Below the pieces are notes generated by a model that was not told the origin of the DNA, did not search any database, and worked only from the letters and a program-made list of their open reading frames with translations. Made by a program: the position numbers and the translations under genes. Positions 1 to 11,100 of a DNA stretch of 64,000 nt are shown one piece after another. Source of the stretch: Macrostomum lignano (Eukaryota); the NCBI GenBank assembly GCA_002269645.1, contig NIVC01000421.1, forward strand, positions 310,001 through 374,000, read 5' to 3'. How positions within the stretch are numbered: the first letter of the stretch is position 1; each line of letters begins with the position of its first letter.

Positions 1-443
1 TGCATCGCAAAGCGGTTAAGAAAGGCTTCAATTTCACTCTGATGGTGGTTGGCGAGAGCGGCTTGGGCAAGAGCACCCTGATTAGCAGCCTGTTCCAGCA
101 GGACCTGTACAAGGACCGCGAGCTGGGCAGCGCCACAGAGAGAGTGAACAAGACTACTGAGATTGATAAGCGCCAAATTGAACTGGATGAGAAAGGCGTT
201 AAACTGAGATTAACAGTTGTGGATACTCCCGGCTTTAATGACGCCATCAACTGTCAGGACTGCTGGCGTCCAATCGAAGACTATATTGACAATACGTTTG
301 AGCAATATTTTAAAGACGAATGCGGACTTAATCGGAAGAATATCGTCGATCATCGGGTACATTGTTGTCTGTATTTTGTTAGCCCCTGCGGCCACGGACT
401 CCGGCCTATCGATGTTGAACTCATGCGCCGTTTGCACTCCAAG
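1..443 (+). CDS. Septin exon (GTPase N-terminal half; begins upstream of window)
   Basis: Septin G1/G3 motifs; donor AAG|GTTTGC at 444. Confidence 0.93.
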
Positions 444-3400
444 GTTTGCGCTGGTTTGTTATGAATGTCTGACCTTCTTTACCCTCTTGACATCTACTCT
501 GACCTTCTTTACCCTCTCGACATCTACTCTGACCTTCTTTACCCTCTTGACATCTACTCTGACCTTCTTTACCCTCTCGACATCTACTCTGACCTTCTTT
601 ACCCTCTTGACATCTACTCTGACCTTCTTTACCCTCTCGACATCTACTCTGACCTTCTTTACCCTCTCGACATCTATTCTGACCCTATTTACCCTCTCGA
701 CATCTATTCTGACCCTCTTTACCCTCTCGACATCTATTCTGACCCTATTTACCCTCTCGACATCTATTCTGACCCTCTTTACCCTCTCGGCATCTATTCT
801 GACCCTATTTACCCTCTCGACATCTATTCTGACCCTATTTACCCTCTCGACATCTATTCTGATCCTATTTACCCTCTCGACATCTATTCTGACCCTATTT
901 ACCCTCTCGACATCTATTCTGACCCTCTTTACCCTCTCGACATCTATTCTGACCCTATTTACCCTCTCGAAATCTATTCTGACTCTCTTTACCCTCTCGA
1001 CATCTATTCTGACCCTATTTACCCTCTCGACATCTATTCTGACCCTATTTACCCTCTCGACATCTATTCTGACCCTCTTTACCCTCTCGACATCTATTCT
1101 GATCCTATTTACCCTCTCGACATCTATTCTGACCCTATTTACCCTCTCGACATCTATTCTGACCCTCTTTACCCTCTCGACATCTATTCTGATCCTATTT
1201 ACCCTCTCGACATCTATTCTGACCCTATTTACCCTCTCGACATCTATTCTGACCCTCTTTACCCTCTCGACATCTATTCTGACCCTATTTACCCTCTCGA
1301 AATCTATTCTGACTCTCTTTACCCTCTCGACATCTATTCTGACCCTATTTACCCTCTCGACATCTATTCTGACCCTATTTACCCTCTCGACATCTATTCT
1401 GACCCTCTTTACCCTCTCGACATCTATTCTGATCCTATTTACCCTCTCGACATCTATTCTGACCCTCTTTACCCTCTCGACATCTATTCTGACCCTCCAT
1501 TTACCCTCTCGACATCTATTCTGACCCTATTTACCCTCTCGACATCTATTCTGACCCTATTTACCCTCTCGACATCTATTCTGACCCTATTTACCCTCTC
1601 GACATCTATTCTGACCCTCTTTACCCTCTCGACATCTATTCTGACCCTCCATTTACCCTCTCGACATCTATTCTGACCCTCTTTGACCCTCTCGACATCT
1701 TTTCTAACATTTTGTTTATCTCTTTACCTTTTCGACATCTGACTATAATTTTGCCATCCCTTCGATCAAATTGATCTCAAGCAATCTCTTTTATCTCTCT
1801 TATCCCAATCCCACAAATCCCATCCTCCCAGGTGAACATAGTTCCAATCATAGCCAGGGCGGACACGCTGACCCAAGCCGAGCTGCGCGATTTAAAAGAG
1901 CGCGTACTGGCCGACTTGGATCGGCACAAAATCCAGACCTACCGAATGCCCGACACCGACTCTGACGACGACGAAGAGACCCGACGTCAGGAGTCCGACA
2001 TCCGGGCGTGCATTCCGTTCGCCGTGATTGGCAGCAACTGCGTGGTGGAGTCCGCCGATACTGGCCGACGGACTCGGGGCAGGCAGTATCCTTGGGGCGT
2101 TGTGGAGGTGAGCGTGGGTCAGGATTGTCAGCTTTGGGTCAGGATTGTCAGCTTTGGGTCAGGATTGTCAGCTTTGGGTCAGGATTGTCAGCTTTGGGTC
2201 AGGACTGTCAGTTTTGGGTCAGGATTGTCAGCTTTGGGTCAGGACTGTCAGTTTTGGGTCAGAATTGTCAGTTTTACGTCAGGTTCGTCAGTTTTGGGTC
2301 AGGATTGTCAGTTTTGGGTCAGGATTGTCAGTTTTGGGTCAGGATTGTCAGCTTTGGTCAGGATTGTCAGTTTTGGGTCAGGATTGTCAGTTTTTAGTTT
2401 GGATTGTCAGTTTTGGGTCAGGACTGTCAGTTTTGGGTCAGGATTGTCAGTTTTGGGTCAGGATTGTCAGCTTTGGTCAGGATTGTCAGTTTTGGGTCAG
2501 GATTGTCAGTTTTTAGTTTTGATTGTCAGTTTTGGGTCAGGACTGTCAGTTTTGCGTCAGGATTGTCAGTTTTGGGTCAGGATTGTCAGTCTTTGGTCAG
2601 GATTCTCAGTTTTGGGTCAGGATTGTCAGTTTTGGGTCAGGATTGTCAGTTTTGGGTCAGGATTGTCAGTTTTGGGTCAGGATTGTCAGTTTTTAGTTTG
2701 GATTGTCAGCTTTGTGTCAGGACTGTCAGTTTTGGGTCAGGATTGTCAGTTTTGGGTCAGGATTGTCAGTTTTGGGTCAGGATTGTCAGTTTTGGGTCAG
2801 GATTGTCAGTTTTTAGTTTGGATTGTCAGTTTTGTGTCAGGATTGTCAGTCTTTGGTCAGGATTGGCAGTTTTGGGTCGGAATTGTCAGTTTTGGGTCAG
2901 AATTGTCAGTTTTGGGTCAGGATTGTCACTTTTGGGTCGGAATTGTCAGTTTTGGGTCAGAATTGTCAGTTTTGGGTCAGGATTGTCAGTTCTGGGTCAG
3001 GATTTTCAGTTTTTAGTTTGGATTGTCAGTTTTGGGTCAGGATTGTCAGCTTTGGATCAGAATTGTCAGTTTTTGGTCAGGATCGTCAGTTTTTGGTCAG
3101 GATTATCAGTTTTGGGTCAGGATTGTCAGTTTTGGATCAGGATTATCAGCTTTGGGTCAGGATTGTCAGCATCTAATCACATTTCATCTCAGGTTGAAAA
3201 TCCCAAGCATTGCGACTTCGCTAAACTGAGAATCTTTCTACTCGGTACTCACATGCAAGACCTCAAGGACATCACCAAGGAGGTGCACTACGAGAACTAC
3301 AGGGCCAAGTACATCACGGAGCGAATGTCGAAACGAAAGGGGGCGGTTCGAGACGACTTCGAGACTAGAAAGTGAGATTAATTATATTTCACGCTTACCC

Positions 3401-5487
3401 TTCTCTACCCTCTCGTTACCCTCTTTCCCTCTCCTTACCCTCTCCTTGCCCTATTTACTCTCCCTTAACATCTTCACCCTCTCCTTACCCTCTCCTTACC
3501 CTCTCCTTGCCCTCTCTACCCTCCCTTAACATCTTCACCCTCTCCTTGCCCTCTACCCTCCCTTAACATCTTTACCCTCTCCTTACCTCTCGTTACCATC
3601 TTTACCCTCTCCATACCCTCTCCTCACCCTGTTTACCCTTTTCTTACTTTCTTTCCATTTTCGTCTGTATAAATGGGATACTTAACATTCATTTTCAACA
3701 GCATTCTAGCCATGACATAAATCCTATCGTTTTCATTGCAGAAGCAAGAACACAACCGAAGCCAATTTTGAAGCAATTGTGGACACCGAAGGTCTTCTAA
3801 AAGAAAAAGAAGACGAGGTTTGTAAACGATATTTTTTAACTTGAAAATTAAGTTCATGCATTGTCCTTTTGTTTAGCTGCATAAATGAATAGCAGTTAGC
3901 ATTCATAAAGCACGCTATTAGCGCGTGACAGACTGTGGCCCTGGCATTCCTGGGGAACCCCTTTTATATTCTAAAAATAGAACAAAAACGTTTTGCGTGC
4001 GTGCGTGCCTCACGCGATCTTTCTAGGTGTAGTAGTACGTTTTTGACAGATTTTGCGAGTACTGCTTGTAGAGTGCAAAAATTTTGTTGAACAAGTCCTA
4101 AAGTATATAGTTAAAGCGCCATTAAGGTGTTCTGCACCGCTAAAGTATATTTGAAGTCTAGGAGTATGACGTATAAGCTTCGTCTGTATTTCTTCTGCCG
4201 AATAGTTGTTTCTTTTTATATTGAAACTACCGAAAATATAAAGCTGGTTTTCTAGAACTCTTATAACTCTTTGAGGACTGCAATTAGGGGCTGAAAGGAC
4301 GGGAATTGGGGGATAAAAAGGGAGAGAAATTGGGAGATAAAATGAGATAATTTAGGGGATAAGAAGGAGAGGAATTAGGGGATAAAGGGAGATGAATTAG
4401 GTAATGGAGGGAAATTTGTGGATGAAAGGAGACGAATTAGGGGATGAAAGGAGGGGAATTAGGGGATGAAAGAAGGGGAATTAGGGGATAAGAGGAGCGG
4501 GGGAATTAGGGGATGAAAGAAGGGGAATTAGGGGGTTGATAGGAGGGGGGAATTAGGGGATGAAGAAGGGGAATTAGGGGATGATAGGAGCGGGGGAATT
4601 AGGGGATGAAGGAAGGGGAATTAGGGGATGAAGGAAGGGGAATTAGGGGGTTGATAGGAGGGGGGGGATTAGGGGATGAAAGAAGGGGAATTAGGGGATA
4701 AGAGGAGCGGGGGAAGTAGGGGATGAAAGAAGGGGAATTAGGGGGTTGATAGGAGGGGGGAATTAGGGGATGAAGAAGGTGAATTAGGGGATGATAGGAG
4801 CGGGGGAATTAGGGTATGAAAGAAGGGGCATTAGGGGGTTGATAGGAGGGGGAATTAGGGGATGAAAGAAGGGGAATTAGGGGATGATAGGAGGGGGGAA
4901 TTAGGGGATGAAAGAAGGGGAATTAGGGGATAAAGTGAGGAAGAGCTGCAATGAAGGATTTATAGATTAAGTTTAAATGAGAACTCCAAAAAAACTTCTA
5001 AATCAAATTTCTCCAGCTATTCAATGCAAAATTTCGGTCGTACTTTTCTAACCCCCCCCTGGCTGCTTCCATAGTTTCATAGCGCCCTCTCTTATCTGCA
5101 TGTCTGTTTGGGTTTTTTACCCTGGAAAACTTGGATCTATTCAGATTTGCTGAAAAGTTGCCTACAGCGAGCGGGGTGTTAATTTCCTTCATGCTACTCG
5201 TTAGGCTTGTGGTTTTTTGTGGGATTTCTGCGGGTTTTTTCTATTAAAAATATTTTCCTTCTTACAATTTTTGTCTACAGATACGTCGTATGCAGCAAAT
5301 GTTGCAGCAATTGCAGCAGCAACAGCAGTCTTCTGCTTCTACTGCTGCTACTGTTCCAACATCGGTTTCTGCTGCTTCTGCAGCCGGGGATGCATCGGGT
5401 CACGCTGCAGCTGCTGCCGTTGCTGCTTCTAATAGCGGCTCTGCTTCCGCGGCCGGAGTTCCCGCAGCCTCTGCCAACGGTCAATAA
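1..5487 (+). CDS. Septin, SEPT2 subgroup (SEPT1/2/4/5-like), 5'-partial; exons <1-443, 1832-2107, 3193-3371, 3742-3817, 5281-5487
   Basis: Frame from nt 3 reads [25 protein letters not shown] (P-loop), then DTPGF (G3), [20 protein letters not shown] (G4 variant), GRQYPWG|VENPKHCDF and HYENYR. C-terminus is LLKEKEDE|IRRMQQML. All four introns are GT-AG with matching phases (0,0,2,0). Confidence 0.93.
468..1698 (+). repeat. 30-bp minisatellite (GACCCTATTTACCCTCTCGACATCTATTCT), about 41 copies, septin intron
   Basis: Direct periodicity; fills the intron 444-1831. Confidence 0.97.
1832..2107 (+). CDS. Septin exon
   Basis: Acceptor CTCCCAG at 1831; [11 protein letters not shown]...YPWGVVE; donor GAG|GTGAGC. 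Confidence 0.92.
2116..3170 (+). repeat. 20-bp minisatellite (GGGTCAGGATTGTCAGTTTT), about 53 copies, septin intron
   Basis: Direct periodicity with 1-nt indel variants. Confidence 0.97.
3193..3371 (+). CDS. Septin exon (septin unique element)
   Basis: Acceptor CATCTCAG; [13 protein letters not shown]...HYENYRAK; donor AA|GTGAGA (phase 2). Confidence 0.9.
3395..3640 (+). repeat. Degenerate pyrimidine-rich repeat (CCCTCTCCTTA-like), septin intron
   Basis: Seen in sequence. Confidence 0.8.
3742..3817 (+). CDS. Septin exon (start of coiled coil)
   Basis: TTTCATTGCAG acceptor and GAG|GTTTGT donor; phase 2 in, phase 0 out; [25 protein letters not shown]. Confidence 0.75.
4300..4935 (+). repeat. 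G/A-rich minisatellite (GGGGAATTAGGGGATGAAAGAA variants), septin intron
   Basis: About 23-28-bp degenerate units containing TTAGGG. Confidence 0.9.
5281..5487 (+). CDS. Septin terminal exon
   Basis: TTTTGTCTACAG acceptor; [13 protein letters not shown] matches the SEPT2-group LRRMQEM motif; TAA stop. Confidence 0.8.
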   Translation: MRRMQQMLQQLQQQQQSSASTAATVPTSVSAASAAGDASGHAAAAAVAASNSGSASAAGVPAASANGQ

Positions 5488-5691
5488 TGATTGAATAAAT
5501 TGAATTAAATGAGCTCTTTGCTTCTTTTGGGTTTGTTGAGAGTTTCGTTTGGCTTGCTGCTTGGTTACGAGTATATGCTTTTTAAATAGTATCTAGCGTT
5601 ATATAAGCATAACTCACTGACTCATTTTATGCGCTTCTCTAGTCTTGAAAGATTTGCATTTACGTTTATTAAATCACCTGTAGGCTGTAGC

Positions 5692-6200
5692 AATCTCCCA
5701 GATCCTCAGTTGCTGGGCCAGCCTCCCAGATCCTCAGTTGCTGGGCCACCAGCCTCGCAGATCCTCAGTTGCTGGACCAGCCTCTCAGATCCCCAGTTGC
5801 TGGGCCACCAGCCTCCCAGATCCTCAGTTGCTGGGCCACCAGCCTCGCAGATCCCCAGTTGCTGGACCAGCCTCGCAGATCCTCAGTTGCTGGGCCACCA
5901 GCCTCCCAGATCCTCAGTTGCTGGGCCATCCTCCCAGATCCTCAGTTGCTGGGCCACCAGCCTCCCAGATCCTCAGTTGCTGGGCCACCAGCCTCCCAGA
6001 TCCTCAGTTACTGGGCCAGCCTCCCAGATCCTCAGTTACTGGGCCAGCCTCCCAGATCCTCAGTTGCTGGGCCAGCCTCCCAGATCCTCAGTTGCTGGGC
6101 CACCAGCCTCGCAGATCCTCAGTTGCTGAGTCACCAGCCTCCCAAATCCTCTTCTGGGCCAGCCTCCCAGATCCCCAGATCCTCAGTCGCTGGGCAGCCT
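5692..6200 (+). repeat. 27-31-bp minisatellite (GCCTCCCAGATCCTCAGTTGCTGGGCCACCA) downstream of the septin stop
   Basis: Seen in sequence. Confidence 0.93.
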
Positions 6201-8029
6201 GTTAAAGTGCTAGAGAAAAGTGCAGCAATCAGTTTATTAAGTATCCTGAACAAGTATCTTAAGTGAGTAAGCAGCTTTAAGGCATTGAATGCATCTGCTA
6301 TTTTACCGTGTTTTATTGGCCCAATACAAACTAGTACAATTAACTATTTTATTATAAAAGTACATTGCAATAAGCAGCTGATCTTTTTTACTATCATTTT
6401 TCATCTTGCAATACCAAACAGCAGTAATCAATTTTTCGTTTAACTTATAATTATATTTAATTTATGCGTGCATTATTTGCTTTTCAAACATTTTTTGTTT
6501 TACTGTTTGCCCTAATTTTTTTAACTTTATACGCTGTCCAATTATTGTAGGAGATTTTTATTAGTCTTTAAAAGTACAGGCGTAATTAATGCTCCGTTGT
6601 GTTTTGTTTAAATGTCTAGTCAAGTTGTTTTCTCTGCATATTTAATTTGTCTAATCTAATACAATATATAGTATAAGTGTCTTACCTAGTATTGTATTTT
6701 TATTGCTTCTTAAAGTACATCTTGCCTATTGTGCGTCGCTTTTTTGTATTTACTAATTCTCTACAGCTGATTAATAGTTTTTGCATGATTAATTGCTTAT
6801 CAAGCTTACTGATGTTACTATTATTTATAAAATTGCGATTGCGCCACCTTGTACTGTCTGCTTTGCTTAGGTTAAACTGTATGAATAAATAATTTTTGCA
6901 TCTCAATGATAACTATAATAAAATTTGCCCCTATAAGTGTTGTGGTCTTTAATCGCGCTCTAATCTGATTAAATATTGTGCCTAGCATTGCTTTTGGACT
7001 TTGAATCTTAGAAGCCCAAGAAAGCGCCTAAATGCGTCGTGTTCTGAAACTTTCTCTTCTTCCTTTTTTGCACTTTGCCTGGAAAGAAAGAAAAATTCTG
7101 GACTGGACTTTGCTAGACAGGGCAAGGAAAAATTCATCTTTCCATAGCCTATATACTCTTAAATGGATTAGCCTTTTTATTGTAAAACAGTGTTTTGGCT
7201 TTTTAGCGTCTGACCTCGCGTCATGGGACTCATAACAAGGTACAAAAACAAATGGATCATTTTGTTTGTGTTTTCAATAAATAGGTCTTTGCCGCTCTTA
7301 GCCGTTTTGTTTGCGTTTATTTTCCATGGAAAATTCTCTATGGCCTTGGGGTCGGAGAGGTGAAAAATTCCTTATTGGCGGTAATTAGACAGCAACAGAT
7401 AGTGAGAGCGATGGTAATTGCCTACTGAGAGTAATAAACCCTGCGGCCTATGATGATGAAATGCTGTGCTGTAGCTATTTATAGTGTTGATAGAATCGTG
7501 CCCTGTACAAAGGGCACTAATGGGTGTGTTTTATTCCTGCATTGAGAACTAGACTATTCTGGAATTTCCCAGCTAGCGCAGTCCTGGCTTGTACATACCC
7601 CAACCCCCCTCCCCCACTTGTCCCGCGCGGGCTGGCCTGTACATAAGCCACCAACCCCTCTGTCCCCGCGGGCAATGCGTGATTCCTTACCGCGGGGGGT
7701 CGCGGTCGCTGTTGGCGCCGCCTGGGCTTTATAACACAGAATATAAGTATGATCCAACTGGCCTAGAGGAATTTCCCAAGCGTTGTCATGACTGCCAAGG
7801 TCGTTTTAATGTGGTATTTCGGGGTAATGGCGGTTTGCCTGCATTGAAATTCCTCCGACCCCACCCCACCCCACTCCCGGCTTCGGATGTCTATTTATTG
7901 AGCAGCTCCGGCCTGGGGCCAGAATCGTCTCTTGCTTTCTAAACGATCAGCTTCTAGTCTACGCACTACTGACGTAACCGCCGATTTCTTAGCATTGAAT
8001 TCGTAGCTTCCAAAAAATCAGACAGACAC

Positions 8030-8122
8030 ATGGCGCCTACTCCAGTATCAGCCCACGACTTGTCGCAGAAGCACAAACGAGTGGTGAACTTTTCTGCTGG
8101 CCCGTCAAAGCTTCCTGATTCG
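8030..8122 (+). CDS. PSAT1: PSAT1 exon 1
   Basis: ATG 8030; [16 protein letters not shown]; donor GTGAGT at 8123. Confidence 0.88.
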
Positions 8123-11100
8123 GTGAGTCTTCTTGATAATGACAGTCCCCTTTACAGAAAGTTATGTACGACCTAAAATGAGCATTATAGGTAGGCTTTA
8201 CTCGTAACAGTGCCTGTACTGGCTGCACATTTATAATAGCTATTTTTAAACGCGAGACGAGAACGGGTCAATTCAGGTCAATGTTATAACTACTGTCCTA
8301 GTGTCTGTAGGTAGATTAGATTTAGCGGCATAATATTAAGTTACCGGAGCTGTTCATTAATTTAAATCCAAACAAAAAGTAACTTTTTTAAAATGTCCCA
8401 TTTGGCGCATATTTGAATTTTTCGATAGGGTTTTATTTTAAATGATTTAGTTTAAAATCATATACAAGCTTGGCCCTATGAATGAGTGGATTGAGTAAAA
8501 ATAATTTTTCACTTCCGGATCGGGCAATGCTAGTATGTTTGACGTCATGCACTCAGACTGACTAGTACGAGTATAGTGACTCCGTGAACTTAAATTATCT
8601 GCATCTGACGGTGACATGCTTGGGCGCAACCTAGGGATTCACCCGGCCGTTTCTATTGGCAACACACACGCAAGTCGCTATTGGACAGAATAGTAATCAC
8701 GTGACTGCTCTCAGCCAATAGCGACTTACATGTGTGTGTTGCCAATAGAAACGGCCGAGTGATTCCCAAGGTTGCGCATGTAATTCTGACCAACTCGATA
8801 TGCAGTTTTCAGTTTTAGATAAGCGTTCTCCCAATTCCCATTTTTGTTAGAAATCGTTTCACATCTCCTGTCACACAAGTTTCACATTTTATCCGTGACA
8901 CTGAAAGGTTATTGTTTTTGAAACGAGTTTGACTAATTATTGTGTGCTATTTATAGATCTATGGGGAAACGATTAAATAGGGGGAGCAGGGAACGAGATA
9001 AAGAGCTGCGAGGCTGGGACTGGGACACTTTGGAGAGAGTCCAGCGAATTTGAGCTAAAGGTGTGAGAGTTCCAGGCTATCAGAGATGAAAGGGTGAGAA
9101 TTCCAGAGGAATCAGAGATGAAGGGTTGAGAGAAAGTCCCAGGGGAATCAGGGATGAAGGGATGAGAGTCTTGGAGGAATCAGAGATGAAGGCTTGAGAG
9201 AGAGTCCCAGGGGAATCAGGGATGAAGGGATGAGAGTTTAGGGGGAATCAGAGATGAAGGGTTGAGAGAGAGTCCCACTGGAATCAGGGATGAAGGGATG
9301 AGAGTTTTGGGGGAGTCAAAGATGAAGGGTTGAGAGAAAGTCCCAGGGGAATCAGGGATGAAGGAATGAGAGTTTTGGGGGAGTCAGAGGTGAAGGGTTG
9401 AGAGAGAGTACCATTGGAATCAGGGATGAAGGGATGAGAGTTTTGGGGGAGTCAGAGATGAAGGGTTGAGAGAGAGTACCATTGGAATCAGGGATGAAAG
9501 GATGAGAGTTTTGGGGGAATCAGAGATGAAGGGTTGAGAGAGAGTCCCATTGGAATCAGGGATGAAGGGATGAGAGTTTTGGGGGAGTCAGAGATGAAGG
9601 GTTGAGAGAGTCCCATTGGAATCAGGGATGAAGGGATGAGACAAAGGGCTTAGTTTCGTTCTATTTGACAAATGCAGCTTGTAATTTGCCATTTAATGCC
9701 AGGTTCTTCAACGCGCCCAAGAGGAGATGCTGAACTTCCGAGAAACCGGCTCTAGCGTGATGGAGCTGTCCCATCGCGGTAAAACGTTTAAATCGGTGAT
9801 CTCCGAGGCGGAGAAGCTCACCAGACAGTTGCTTAATGTGCCGGATAACTTCCGGATTCTGTTTATGCAGGGAGGCGGCTGTGGACAATTCGCTGCTGTG
9901 CCATTGAATCTGGCGGGTGAGCACTGATGGGTTGCTAATCTACTCTCCTCAGTGATCTAATTGTGTGATGGGTTGCTAATCTACTCTCCTCAGTGATCTA
10001 ATTGTGTGATGGGTTGCTAATCTACTCTCCTCAGTGATCTAATTGTGTGATGGGTTGCTAATCTACTCTCCTCAGTGATCTAATTGTGTGATGGGTTGCT
10101 AATCTACTCTCCTCAGTGATCTAATTGTGTGATGGGTTGCTAATCTACTCTCCTCAGTGATCTAATTGTGTGATGGGTTGCTAATCTACTCTCCTCAGTG
10201 ATCTAATTGTGTGATGGGTTGCTAATCTACTCTCCTCAGTGATCTAATTGTGTGATGGGTTGCTAATCTACTCTCCTCAGTGATCTAATTGTGTGATGGG
10301 TTGCTAATCTACTCTCCTCAGTGATCTAATTGTGTGATGGGTTGCTAATCTACTCTCCTCAGTGATCTAATTGTGTGATGGGTTGCTAATCTACTCTCCT
10401 CAGTGATCTAATTGTGTGATGGGTTGCTAATCTACTCTCCTCAGTGATCTAATTGTGTGATGGGTTGCTAATCTACTCTCCTCAGTGATCTAATTGTGTG
10501 ATGGGTTGCTAATCTACTCTCCTCAGTGATCTAATTGTGTGATGGGTTGCTAATCTACTCTCCTCAGTGATCTAATTGTGTGATGGGTTGCTAATCTACT
10601 CTCCTCAGTGATCTAATTGTGTGATGGGTTGCTAATCTACTCTCCTCAGTGATCTAATTGTGTGATGGGTTGCTAATCTACTCTCCTCAGTGATCTAATT
10701 GTGTGATGGGTTGCTAATCTACTCTCCTCAGTGATCTAATTGTGTGATGGGTTGCTAATATACTCTCCTCAGTGATCTAATTGTATAATGGATTGCTAAT
10801 CTACCCGTTCATCACCGCTGCAGGCAGCCCGGGAGCCACAGTGGACTACATTGTCACTGGCAGGTGGTCGGAGTCCGCTGCCAAAGAGGCAGAAAAGTAC
10901 TGCCAGGTGCGCAAAGTGCACGCGCCCAAGCCGCACGCTTCTGATTCGTCTGACAGCGAGGACAGCGAAGAGGAATGGTGGTCAGAGCTGTCTGAGAACG
11001 CCGCCTACGTGTACATGTGCGACAACGAGACCGTTGACGGAGTCGAGTTTAAGTGTCCGCCAAGGACTCCGCCAGGTGTACCCCTGGTAGCCGACATGTC

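Noticed and set aside
217-3375. 400-aa ORFs ([20 protein letters not shown] and [11 protein letters not shown] repeats)
   Set aside because: Read-through of septin intronic minisatellites; the flanking septin exons splice cleanly around them.
4300-4935. Interstitial telomere
   Set aside because: TTAGGG appears only as part of a longer unit, never as tandem (TTAGGG)n.
7555-7945. GC-rich island upstream of PSAT1 as a gene or transposon
   Set aside because: The ORFs lack motifs and no TIR/TSD pair or splice-consistent exon was found; it may simply be promoter-proximal or TE-derived sequence.
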